From: Carcharhinus longimanus
Taxonomy: Eukaryota
NCBI GenBank assembly: GCA_030264375.1
Contig: JASCQW010000099.1
Location: 57,108,219 to 57,172,218, forward strand
DNA: 64,000 nucleotides
Direction of reading: 5' to 3'
Under the pieces are notes generated by a model. That model saw nothing but the letters and a program-made list of their open reading frames with translations. It was not told where the DNA came from and did not search any database. The position numbers and the translations under genes were made by a program. Each line of letters opens with the position of its first letter. The stretch's first letter is position 1. Shown here piece by piece: positions 50,041 through 62,459 of this stretch.

Positions 50041-51004
50041 GGATCAGCAACAGAGGACCCAGATTGAAGATAATTGGCAAAAGTAGAGAGGGTGACAACA
50101 AGCTTTTTTTCATACAGTAAATGATGATGATTGCGAAGAGAATTACCAAAAAAAGTGATTCGAATAGATTCAATACCAATTATTAAATGGAAATATATAC
50201 ATGAAAAGAAAATCTTCCAAGCATTACAGGGGAAGAACAGCTGAGTGGGAAAAATTGAATAGCTCTTTGAAAGAATTGACACAGACACAATGGGTTGAAT
50301 GGTGTGCTTCTGTAACACAGCTAGATTCACTTGTTTGAAAATCAAATTTAGTATTTCTTGTTCATGGAGTAAGGTATATATTAGTCTGTTTTCATTTGGT
50401 GTTGCCTCTAATTCAGTATTCATTCATAGCCCTTCTGCATTAGTAATATATACCAATATACCCAAGAGAACTCCTCAGAAGCCCCAACAACTGAAGGTGA
50501 AAGAGTCAGACTCTATAGTGTCAACAGAAACATTTGTCCTATAACTTATTGCAAGTGGTTTGCAGACTAAGAAATATATTTAATAAATCTCAACTAATTT
50601 TGACTCGCAACCTATAATGGCAAACCATCACCACCCAGTTTCTTGTNNNNNNNNNNNNNNNNNNNNNACTCAAATTTATCTACATCCTGCTGAATCCCAA
50701 TATGTGGTTTGCCTACTCATGAAACTGTGAATACCCTACCAAACACATCGTATGTGGTTTGACCATCAGATCATAGCTTTCATTCAGAAGTAGTTATTAC
50801 CTTTTATGAATAGAAATGATTCACACGGTGATCTGAAGCGGAAGTAATTGTCAAATCTCAACTAATACCTTAATAAAGTCAGTTTTGTTCCGAGTGCATA
50901 AACCCAGGAGAGTCTCTACTTTTGAGATTTTCGTAATAACAAACCTAGTGACTAACCTTACAATGTACAGAAATGCACAAGATGAGCATCTTTTTGGAAA
51001 CTAA

Positions 51005-51240
51005 TTTATTATTGTCATAAATGAGTTTACATTAATACTGCAATGAAATTATTGTGAAAATCCCTGAGTCGCCACACTGTGGCATCTGTTCGGGTAAAGA
51101 GAGAGAATTTAGCACGGCCAGTGCACCTAACCAGCATGTCTTTCGGACTGCAAGGGGAAACCAGAGCACCCGGAAGAAACTCACACAGACACAGGGAGAA
51201 CGTGCAGACTCCGCACAGTCACTCAAGCCAGGAACTGAAC
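51005..51240 (-). mobile_element. V-SINE with alternative tail
   Basis: ccagagcacccggaagaaactcacacagacacagggagaacgtgcagactcc core. Confidence 0.85.
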
Positions 51241-51644
51241 CATTCATATTATTGTCCTGTAAAGCATTAGCTCTGCTATTTGAATTGTTCATTCAATAAA
51301 TTAATTTTGATCCTTTGAGCAAAATTCAGCAATAAATACAGCATCTGCAACATGCATAACTATAAGAGGGGGAGTAATTACTAAATTAAATTAATGTGCT
51401 GCTTTTGCTTGAAAAGCTTTTGACAGTTTGGCAGGTAAATGCAATGCCACATGTGTTACAAAGCCACAGAAGTCAGGAAGGTTCTCAGTTTGATCAGCAA
51501 GTTGATGTCAGCCAGGGGAGTACAGAGTGGGCAATGGGCCTGAATATCCCTGGGCAATGCAAGTTGGAGGCTGGGAGGCAAATCATTTAATATGATCACT
51601 ACTAAATGGCCATTGCTAGGAAGTACACATGACTAAGCTTGCCT

Positions 51645-51952
51645 AGGGAAGCACGGTGACACAGCAGTTAGCGTGGCTACCTCGCAGCTCCAGGGACCCA
51701 GGTTCAATTCCAGCCTTGGGGAACTGTCTGTGTGGAGTTGCCATGTTCTCCCCGTGACTACATGGTTTTCTTCCAGGTGCTCCGGTTTCCTCCCGCAGTT
51801 GAAGGATGTGCGGATTAAGTGAATTGGCCATGCTAAGTTGCCCCTTAGTGTATTAGCAGACTAAATATGTGGGGTTATGGGCCTCAGTGAGATTATTGTT
51901 GGTGCAGACTCGATGAGACGAATAGCTTTTTCTGCACTGTAGGGATTCTACA
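51645..51952 (+). mobile_element. Full-length V-SINE with CR1-type tail
   Basis: A/B-box-like head, V-domain ttctccccgtg...ccaggtgctccggtttcctccc, tail tctgcactgtagggattcta. Confidence 0.9.
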
Positions 51953-52014
51953 ATCTCCAGCAATTGTTCTGCTCACGTTTACAATCCAATCTAATGCACC
52001 TGGAATGGCCACTT

Positions 52015-52315
52015 AAGAGTTATTTATTAGTGTCACAAGTAGACTTACTTTAACACTGCTGTACAGAAATTACCGTGAAAATCCCCTAGTCGTCACACTC
52101 CGGCACCTGTTCGGGTACACTGTGGGAGAATTTAGCATGGCCTACGCACCTAACCAGCACATCTTTCAGACTGTGGAAGGAAACCAGAGCACCAGGAGGA
52201 TATGCATACAGACACAGGGAGAACGTGCAGACTCCACGCAGACAGTCACCCAAGCCAGGAATTGAACCCAAGTCCCTGGACCTGTGAGGCAGCAGTGCTA
52301 ACCACTTTGCCATCC
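52015..52315 (-). mobile_element. Full-length V-SINE with alternative tail
   Basis: Head atggcaaagtggttagcactgctgcctcac on the minus strand; tail cttgtgacactaataaataa. Confidence 0.9.
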
Positions 52316-54049
52316 TGTCATCTGTGACTCAAAGGAGTCACAAGAGGATAACAGGACAGATCAGATCAGAACCCAGAGTCTGGTTTCTGAAAATAACAGG
52401 CCTTCAACTTTTTTTTCTCAAAGACAAAAGAGGGTGTTAGGCAGCAAAATTACAATTAGAAAAAGTCTCTCTCATAGCTCTTTATAAAGCCGAGGACCCA
52501 AAGTGGCAAGCCATCCGTCCAAGAGTCAACCAAATGAATCATACAATGGAAATTTCAAGTGAACAGCTCTATGATTCGCATTTTAATTACAAAATCTCAG
52601 AATGGGATTGTCTTACATGAAAATTATCACTGTCTCTAATTTAAGCAATATTATGTTGTCACATAGATGACAGTATAATAGACCTCTCAAATTACAACTA
52701 CCCCAGAGTGAGGAGCCAGTTAAACTACCAGAATGATTTAGCTCAGCCTACACTTTCATTTCTGAATGTACTGTATGCACCAGTATAATAAACTTTTTAA
52801 ATTATAATTATCCTAAAGCAAGGGATCAGTTAAACTACTGTACAATAGAATGTTACAACTCAGTCTGCACTTATATATCTGAGTGCACTGTACATGCCAA
52901 TGCAATGACTGCAGTCCCACAGAACCCACTGTTCGGTATATTATTTAGGATACAACATCTTGTGGTTCCAATCAGTGCAGTAAGTACAAATGCTTCACTT
53001 ACAATTTTCCATCTGTCGGTGCACATGGTGGATGGAGACTATGGACCTGCTCGAGTTAGGACTGCCTATTGACAGCTTCAGCTTCCCATCAGCATTCAAC
53101 ATGTGCTCACAGTAAAAGTCTTGATGCCACATGGATTCCCTGTCTGTGACATTCCAAAACAGGCTGCTACACTACGACTCAGCACAGTTGCTCAATCAGA
53201 CTGCAAGTGTCTATTTTGCAATATGGAACTGTGGGCAAATACCATTGATTCCTTGCGTAGCATTGGCTTGAATCCTATTATCAGATAGTCAACATGGATG
53301 GCTCACTAAGGAACATAGTCTGGGATTTATTGTGGGTATACGTATACAAAGTCACGATGTTCAAAGAAATCCATTTGTTGCAGGATATGCAGTGCTTTGC
53401 CACTGATCGTGATTGAGGCAAAGGGAACTGCAGCTTTTGGGGAAGAGTCAAAAGATAATTTAAGGCAAGGTTGAGGAATGACGACAAGTCATGATCAGGG
53501 TAAGTGGGATTAGCTTTGGGTTTTCTTAAACAAAGGTGGCATCTCTTAACTCGAGCAGACCCATCGACTGTACAACTTGCACAGGCAGATGGGGAACTGA
53601 AACTTAAACATCCTCATATGCTGTACTGACAAAGATAATTAAGGAGTTATTATCGTAAGGAGAGAAGGAGAAATGGCACAAAACTGGTAAAGGGACTTGT
53701 TATTTGAAGTACCTAATTCACTGTACATTCATCGGCTGTAAGGAACTTTGAGAAGTTCAGGCATTGTGAAAAGCACTTGAAAAATACAAGTCTCTCTCTC
53801 TCTACACACAGTTTTGATTAATTCAAATTATCTATCTTCCTTTCATGTCAATTTAATAATGCATGCAGGAACCCTTCTAGAATAGCCAGATGTTCAAGTT
53901 TATTTGTTTCTCAGCGTACTAGACACAGGCTAAGAACACAAAAAGGTTCAGTTCTTAGAATCCTTAATAAACTTTTATCTAAGAAGCTGCAAAACATTAC
54001 CAAAAGTTTATTGACTTACTATTTTGGACTAAAAAAAAAATCAGTGCGA

Positions 54050-55560
54050 AAGACTGCAATTTCCCAGGACCACCTGGGAGAGGTTGTCCTCCTAATCCAG
54101 GTGGTATTACAGAACATGGCAGAAATGAGCCATCACATCTTTTGACAAGCACAGATGTGCGGGGCACTACCTCTTGTTCATCACCAGATAGAATCACCAT
54201 CTATGGTAGGCCCTTGGTCATGCAAGTCATCTCCCTAGGATGGGCTTGACATTCTCGTCTCCCACATCTTATGACTTATCCCCTGGACAATGGACCTGAG
54301 GCCAGGCCTTGTCTTGAAGTTATGCTGGTGGCAGCACCGAGGCCATCCTCTCCTCTTCAATTGGATCACTGCCATCAAGCTCGCATCGCTGAGCGCAGGC
54401 TTCATTATTCAATCCTCCTCCTCTCCAAGAACTGATAGATCCAACAGATTAAAGAGTCATGGGCAAGAGTAGAGCTTCCAATTGACACTGTTAAGCCCTC
54501 AAGCTGCATCTGTGTAACTTGCTGCTCCTTGATCCAGCGTTCCAGCTAAGATGTAACTTCACAGATCAAGATGCCACCCCATCTACTTGGCATCTTAATC
54601 CCAGAGAGGTTAGAGGAGGCTCAAATACATCCAGGATAAGTTCAACCTTATCTAACGGACTCCTTCTGAGAGAGATCTGGTATACTGATTATGCCTATAC
54701 TCTTGGAACAACTGGATGCCCTTTGGGTTATTAACCATCACAATTGCACTCAAGAGACTTTCATTGGTCATGTGGCAAATATGCAGCAACTGCGCTCCCT
54801 TCGTAATTAGCTACATCTTCCATTCCTCTCTGTTGATCGACTTTATGGCGAACCCAGAGACTCCTGCAATCCCATGTTAAAGTGCACCAGATGTCACAGG
54901 TTCGAAGTGTACCTTCTCAATAAAGTCCTCTTCTTCTCCCCACCACCCCGCACCCAACCGTACCAAGCGTCCTTCACCCTCATGTCTTTGACACCATCCC
55001 TCCTCAAACCCCCACGTTGGTCTCTGTTTTAGAGTGCAGCCCTGCCTGAGGCCCGCAGCACACAAATGTTGTCCTGCTGGAATAGTCTGGTGATCACAGT
55101 GAGCAGCCTAGCTCAACAACCAAGAGTTTCACCATACATGCCCACTCGTGTGGGACAGCACTATCATTGAGGAACCATAGTTGTGCTGTTGCAGGTAAGT
55201 TTTGAATGTTGCACTCACCTTAAAGTCACAAGTGAAATGAGGGTGGACAGCTGCACACAACTTGCATCTGGTTATTATTTAAAACCAGTTTAATTTCCCG
55301 CCACTTAGCATGTAATTGGGAAGGTGAAATGCAATTCCTGAGAGTTGTGCTTTAATGAATATACATAACAGGTGAATTGTATGCAAATGGCATTTACAAC
55401 ATGGAACAGTGGGGAAGGCTAACACCCATCACCCTGCCACAAAAGCGGGGAGGAGAAAATTCGAATCCGTTTTCCACCCGTAGGAATCCAACTTTGGACC
55501 TCACTCCGAGTTTTCTGCCAACTCCCACCACGTTGGCGGGACTGGATAGCTCCATCCTGT
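54050..55560. mobile_element. Possible decayed DNA transposon (Harbinger-like)
   Basis: GC-richer block with MITE-like right end; only faint similarity to recalled shark elements and no readable transposase motif. Confidence 0.25.
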
Positions 55561-57819
55561 GATATTAAATATCGAGTTGGAAGATAAATATCAAAAAGCA
55601 TTATACACTCATTGGCTGTGAATAACTTTTGAGAAATCCAATGGTGGTGAAAAGCACTATTATAAATGCAAGTCCATCTCTCCAACATCCATGTAGCAAA
55701 GTTTATGTGCAAATTTTCAAGTGGACTTTACAATAGTAGGAAGTACAATAGTTAAAACAAGTCTTTTTGTTTATTTTCAAACCTAAGGAATTGTGATAAT
55801 CAACTTTCAATAGTTTTGTTTTAAAAAGTCAGTAAGCTATTCATTGCTAAAGATGCGGGCATAGAACAAATTCACTTTATTGTTGCCTGTTTCTACAGGA
55901 ACAAAGTGAAGGGAGGAGACATTTCTGCTGTAAGTATGTCAGAACACAAACTTATATTTAGCACAAGATTTTATCAAACTATCCAACAGATGGACTCCAC
56001 TTCTCTTTTGGCAGCCTGTATAGGAAGTAACTTTTTTTTTGCTGGCTCAAAAACAAAACAAGATAACAAACCCCATAAAAGTTCCCTGAAGTGCTCCTTG
56101 AACACCCATGGGCAAAAAAAAGGTGTTCACATTGTCCAAACACATGCCCAATTTCAACAGCAATTTCTGGATGGCAATTATAACCTAGAAAACTATTAAG
56201 TTTATGCTCCAACCGAGTTCATTAAAACCGAACGGAGTGCCTCAACTGCCAGATCAAGGTTGCTAACAATGCAGATTGGAAGTGTCATGGATGCTGTACA
56301 TGTATAACGAAGAGAAAATGCTGGAAATGTTCAGCAGGTTTGGCAGAATCTGAGGAGAGAGAAACAGGGTTGATGCTTCAAGTCAGTGACACTTAGTCAG
56401 GACCAGGACCAGAATCAGNNNNNNNNNNNNNNNNNNNNNNNNNNNNNNNNNNNNNNNNNNNNNNNNNNNNNNNNNNNNNNNNNNNNNNNNNNNNNNNNNN
56501 NNNNNNNNNNNNNNNNNNAATCAGAATCAAACTAGAAATTATAAATGGGGCCATAATTTCTTGTTCAGGTATTGGTGAGGCTAATGGCTTTTGTGCGTGT
56601 CAATGCCACAAACACTTTGGGCAAAGACAGCTGCATAGTTACTGTGGCAGAGACATGCCACTTCTCATTAGTTTGGAAAAAAATGGCATCCCATTGTCTA
56701 ACTCATCATTCAAATGTACTGAACAGCTTGAATTGCTGTATTTACATGGTAGATAAGAATGCAAAAGGGTTACAGCACAGAAACAGGCCACCTAGCTCAA
56801 CTAGTGTATGCCAGTGAATATGCTTCACAAGCCTTCTCTCACTCTGCTTCATCTAATCCTATCAACATAACGTTCTATTCATTTCCCTCTCATGTACTTA
56901 TCTAAATACCCCTGAAATGCATCTGTTATTCACATTTACAAGGAGTGGAAAAAGTAGGTACGTAACATCTTTTCTGTTGTTAAAATTCCATTGAATGGAG
57001 CTGAAAAGAACTCAATTACCAAATTAAAATTGCCAAAAATTGGAGAATGCAATTACTCAATTATCACATTATGTGCTCTTTGGATCAGTAAAGGTGACCA
57101 ACTTCATTTCTCCCTAGTAGATTGTTCTTGAAAATATAAACATAAATTAACGATGGGAAGCTAAATCTTGCCCCTTTCACATTCAATTCACCTTTAACAT
57201 CATGGCAAGCATCGATTACTCCAAACAACCTCTTTGGCACTGACAATTAGCAATTACAAGTTAAGGCTCATTCTTTGAGGTTTTGTATTTGTGGCAATTT
57301 TAAAAAAGTGAAATTGAAAACTTTTGAATATTTTTCTTATTGTCCTTGAATCCAATCTTTCTTCCACTCTATTCCTCTTTCTGCTTCCAACTCGGGACTG
57401 AGCTCACCACACAAATCTATGTTTCCCCCTCAATATTTGTGCTTTTACTTTCATAATCCTTCAATCTCATCCGTAAAGGAATTACACAATAGTTTCTTGT
57501 CTTGCTCATTTAGGTTACAGTTCTCCATTTCCCTCACTGCAATCTTATAAGCAACCTGCAAATATTGTATACTCAAATGCATAAGGCCTAGTCAAACATC
57601 AAATACTCATCATTAGATTAACGTCCACACAAAATTTGGGCCCACGATTTGCAATGTTGCCCATTAGTGTGTCATCATAGCCTTTAGTTCAAGGGTCATC
57701 ACATGAAATGTGTATTGGAAAGTTCAGGCCTGGTTGCTGAAGGGCTTACAACAAAAACGCTCCAAAAATAATGGACATCAAAAATCACTCAGCAAGTTTC
57801 TAAAATAAGTAAAATGTTT

Positions 57820-58097
57820 AAAAGTTTATTAGTCACAAGTAAGGCTTACATTAACATTGCAATGAAGTTACTGTGCAATTCCCTTTGTCGCCATACTCTG
57901 GCACCTGTTGGCGTCAATGCCCCCAACCAGTACGTCTTTCAGACTGTGGAAGGAAACTGGAGCACCCGGAGGAAACACACGCAGATACAGGGAGAATGTG
58001 CAATCTCCAAACAGACAATGACCCAAGAGGGGAATCGAACCCAGGCCCCCGGCGCTGAGAGGCAGCAGCACTAACCATTGTGCCACCATGCCACCCA
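57820..58097 (-). mobile_element. Full-length V-SINE with alternative tail
   Basis: gggtggcatggtggcacaatggttagtgctgctgcc head on the minus strand; same tail as 52015. Confidence 0.9.
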
Positions 58098-58679
58098 TTA
58101 GTTGAACATGAAATTATTTGTGATATGAGCTACATCTAATGTATCACTGTGTATTTCTTCATTTCTAAACTTCAACTTCCCCCCTCAAATTCAACAAGTG
58201 CAGCACAAGCCCATCCATCTTGATTGAAAGTAAAACTCAAAGCAAGAGAAATGAGGCAGTATGACTTGACAGTCCACTTAACTAACCACTCAGTTGCCAA
58301 GGTTGGAAACCCAGCCATTAATTTCTTATGGTCTATTGTGAGGCTCAAACAACTGAATGAGGAGATATTTTTCAATGTGGCTGCAAGGATGTCAAATAAA
58401 TTACACAAACATTTTTGCTCAGCTTGATATAGTTTAAGTAGAGCTGTCCAAGAGTAATTATTTTTACATACTGATGAATCTACTCGACCCGCAGTGAATA
58501 CATTTTGATAGAAATAGTGACGATTTTATTTGTACAGTGTTCTTTCAGATTTAGAGTACTATATACATATACATTTGTTTCTTCTGTCACTAGATCATGC
58601 TGAAAGAATCTTCACAACCTCAACATCATACCTCACCCCGAGTTCAGTTTGCAGCCAATTTCCATCTCAGCAAACTTCC

Positions 58680-59165
58680 TCTTCCACATCCTTCCTCAAG
58701 TGCAGTGCCCAGAATTGGACACAATTGAGATCAAAGTAGTGTTTAATAAAGGTTCATCATAACTTCCTTGCCTTTATACTCTACGCCTTTATAAATAAAG
58801 CCTAGAATCTGTACACCTTTGTATGCACTTGCTCGATCTTCCCTGTCACCTTGAACAATTATGTGCACTTATACCCCATGTTTTGACCATCCTCTTCCAA
58901 AATTGCACTCTTGCATGTCATCATTCTTTCTACCAAAAGGACTGTCCCATTTCATACTTCTCTGCATTAAATTTAGTTTACCTCATGTCCATCTGAAGTT
59001 GAACACAATACACACAACTTCAATGTTTTGCATCATTTGCAAATTTTGAATTTGTGCCCAGGCACCCAAGTCAGTGTTACCAAGAAAAGCAGTGTGGTCT
59101 TGTGATAATTGTGAGGAATGCCACTGTAAACCTTCCTCCAGCTGGAACAACAGCCACTTGCTACA
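58680..59165 (-). mobile_element. Old CR1 fragment
   Basis: gtgcccagaattggacacaa (CVQFWA on minus) and tcatttgcaaatt (FAND on minus). Confidence 0.7.
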
Positions 59166-59244
59166 GTTGCCAATCTACCACCATTCAAATAATGCACTGC
59201 CATTCTACTTTTCCTATCAAAGTGGATAACTTCACACTTATTGT

Positions 59245-59850
59245 GTACAACATTGAATACAGGAGTTGGGATGTCTTGTGGAAGTTCTACAAGACATTGG
59301 TAAGACCACATTTGGAATACTGTGTGCAGTTCTGGTCACCCTATAATAGAAAGGATATTATTAAACTAGAAAGAATGCAGAACAGATTTACCAGGATGCT
59401 ATTGGGACTTGATGGTTTGAGTTACAAGGAGAGGCTGGATAAACTGGGGCTGTTTCCCCTGGAGTGTAGGGGTCTTAGGGTTGATCTTATAAAGATCTAC
59501 AAAACAAAGGACACAGATGAGGTAGATAGTCAACATCTTTTCCTAAGGGTAGGGGAGTCTAAAACTAGAAGGTGTAGGTTTATGTTGAGAGGGGAGAGAC
59601 ACAAAAGGGTCCAAAAGGACAGCTTTTTCACTTGGAGGGCGTTGAGTGGTTGGAACGAGCTACCAGAGGCTGTAGTAAAGGCAAGTACAATTTTGTTCTT
59701 TTTAAAAAAGCATTTAGACAGTTACATGGGTAAGATGGATATAGAGGGATATGGTCCAAATGCGGGCAGTTGGGTCTAGCTTAATGGTAATAACTGGGCA
59801 GCATGGACAAGTTAGGCCAAAGGGTCTGTTTCCATGTTGTAAACCTCGAT
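59245..59850 (+). mobile_element. Young CR1 3' end
   Basis: Open frame IEYRSWDVLWKFYKTLVRPHLEYCVQFWSP...WNELPEAVV...GYGPNAG, then 3' UTR. Confidence 0.95.
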
Positions 59851-60544
59851 GATAGTAACTGCATTAGCCTGAAATTCGAGAACATAATGCAATAATTAAG
59901 TAAAGACATTATTATCATATAACTGCGATGAAGCCTTTTGTCAACTTGGAATAGATGTCACTCTTGTCACAGCTGAAATTGAATTGTGGAAGTGAGCAAC
60001 CTTAACAGATGAAAGAACGAAAGACAACCTAAAGTCATAGAGGAAAGTAAACTTGTCAGTCATGAATTAACTAGTTAAGTAAGTTTTACGATTTTCTTTG
60101 ATTAAAATTCAATTTGTTAATGATCTTTTTCCAGGTTGGTGTGAGAATAGACAACAGCAGCTTTAATCTAACAAGAATCGTTACTTTTACACCATTTCAT
60201 ATGCTAATCAACCGGACAAAGCACAGAATAGAAATAGCTGAAGAGTGCGAGTCAAAGTGGTTGGGAATTGATTCAGATCAAGTAAGTTAATATTTTTTTC
60301 AATCAATAGTGAATATTTTAAAAAATCAGTTGCTTGAAAAAGATTAATATTGAAAGATATGGAGAAAAAATAATGCAAGAAAAATAAAGTTAAAGCAGAT
60401 GACTTGGGAGAAAATGACTAACTTGGACAGTGATCCAAATGTCCTTTTATTGCATGTTTCTAACATTTGCAATTGTCCTTAAAGTTTCAACAAGCAAATG
60501 TAAATTGCAGTTGTGGTGATGTGGTAATATTAATATTCTTTGCA

Positions 60545-60856
60545 TGCTTGGCATGGCTCCTGCTCTGCCCAAGACAGCAAAGAACTACAAAAGGTCGTAA
60601 ATGTAGCCCAATTATCACGCAAATCAGCCTCCCAGCTGTTGACTCTCTCTACGCTTCCCGCTGCCTCGGCAAAGCATAATTAAGAACCCCACGCACCCCA
60701 GGCATTCTGTCTTCCAACTTCTTCCTTTGGGAAAAAGATACAAAAGTCTGACATCACATACCAACCAACTCAAGAACAACTTCTCCCCTGTCAGACTTTT
60801 GAATGGACTTACCTTGCGTTAAGCTGATCTTTCTCTACACCCTAGCTATGACTGTA
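60545..60856 (+). mobile_element. Rex1/Babar LINE 3' fragment
   Basis: AWHGSCSAQDSKELQKVV, LPAVDSLYASRCLGKA, LPLGKRYKSL motifs. Confidence 0.8.
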
Positions 60857-60956
60857 NNNNNNNNNNNNNNNNNNNNNNNNNNNNNNNNNNNNNNNNNNNN
60901 NNNNNNNNNNNNNNNNNNNNNNNNNNNNNNNNNNNNNNNNNNNNNNNNNNNNNNNN

Positions 60957-61315
60957 CTATAAAATAATGAGGGACATAGATAAGGTAGTCAATATCTTTT
61001 CCCAAAGGGAGGGCAGTCTAACACTAGAGGGCATAGGTTTAAGGTGAGAGGGGAGAGATACAAAAGTGTCCAAAGGGGCAATTTTTGCACAGAGGGTGGT
61101 GAGTGTCTGGAACAAGCTGCCGCAGCTAGTAGTAGAGGCGGATACGATTTTGTCTTTTAAAAAGCATTTCAATAGTTCCATAGATAAGATGGGTATAGAG
61201 GGATATGGGCCAAATGCAGGCAACTGGGATTAGCTTAGGGGTTTAAAAAAAAGGGTTGGCATGGACAACTTGGGCCGAAGGACCTGCTTCCATGCTGTAA
61301 ACCTCTATGACTCTA
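60957..61315 (+). mobile_element. Young CR1 3' end, same subfamily as 59245-59850
   Basis: High similarity over the last ~350 bp. Confidence 0.9.
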
Positions 61316-61324
61316 TTCACATTA

Positions 61325-62050
61325 TACTGCATCTACCATGAATTTGCCCACTCACTCGACTTGGATAAATCATCTTGAAGCCTCTTCACTTCCTCTTCAC
61401 CTTCAATTCCACTTACTTTTGTGTCACCAATGAATTTGAAAATATTACAATTAATTCCCTCATCCAAATCACTGAATATATCTTGTGAACGGGCCCAAGC
61501 ACTGATCCCTGTGATTACCACTAATCAGCACCTTCCACTTCAAAAAGGCCCATTTATTCCTACTCTGTTTCCTGTCTGGTAACCAATGCTCAATCCATGC
61601 CAATTTTTACCCCCAATCCCATTCACTGAATTCTGCACACTAATCTCTTGCGTGGGACTAAAGTTTTCTGAAAATCTAAATACATCACATCACTGGTTCT
61701 CGCTCATCTATTTCCTCAAAAAAATCTCCAATAGATTTTGTCAAACATGATTTCCCTTTCATAACTCCGTCGTGACTTTGTCTAATCCGGATGATATTTT
61801 CTAAATGCCCTGTTATCACATCATTTCTAACAGACGCCTGCTACTGATGTTAGGTTAACTGCTTTATAATTCCCCGCTTCCTCCTACCCTCTTTTTGTAA
61901 ATAGTGGTGTTACATGCCACCCCCTCATATGCTGGGACTGTTCTAGAATCTACCCAAGCTTGGATGATTACAATTACTGTAACCACGATTTCCACGACCA
62001 CCTTCTGGGAGGTACATGATCAGGGATTCGTCAGCTTTCACTTCAATTAA
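61325..62050 (-). mobile_element. CR1 RT fragment
   Basis: SDLDEGINCNIFKFIGDTKV...RLQDDLSKSSEWANSW. Confidence 0.85.
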
Positions 62051-62459
62051 TTTATCTGACACTATTATTTTATTAATACTAATTTCCATCAATTCCTTCT
62101 TTTCACTAAACTGAGAAAATTCATCAAGTGTGAACAGCAATTTTTTTTTCAACCAACTGGCAACAAACGAGAGGGGATGTAATTCTCAACCCAGTCTTGG
62201 GGAATGAAAAAGGGCAAGTGGGTAAAGTGAAAGTGGGCAACCATATCAGGGTTAATATTCACAGCGCACAGGAAAGGACAGAAACAGCACAGGGGTAAAA
62301 GTTTTGAACTAGGGGAAGGCAAATTTTGCAGGAATGAGCAAGGGCTTGGCTGGCTGAGGTGGATTTCACAGCCCTGCTAGATGATAAATCAGAGGCAAAC
62401 CAGTGGGAGGCACTAAAAAGTGAGATCCTACATGTACAAAATGGACACATCCCCAAAAA

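Noticed and set aside
51645-51720. tRNA genes
   Set aside because: tRNA-like A/B boxes are SINE heads that continue into SINE bodies; no full cloverleaf.
56305-56400. Third hammerhead in another Penelope-type terminal fragment
   Set aside because: Core reads CUGACUA...GAAG on the minus strand, so catalytic nucleotides are lost.
59054-59779. 241-aa ORF as a host gene
   Set aside because: Chimeric frame whose recognisable part is the CR1 ORF2 C-terminus.
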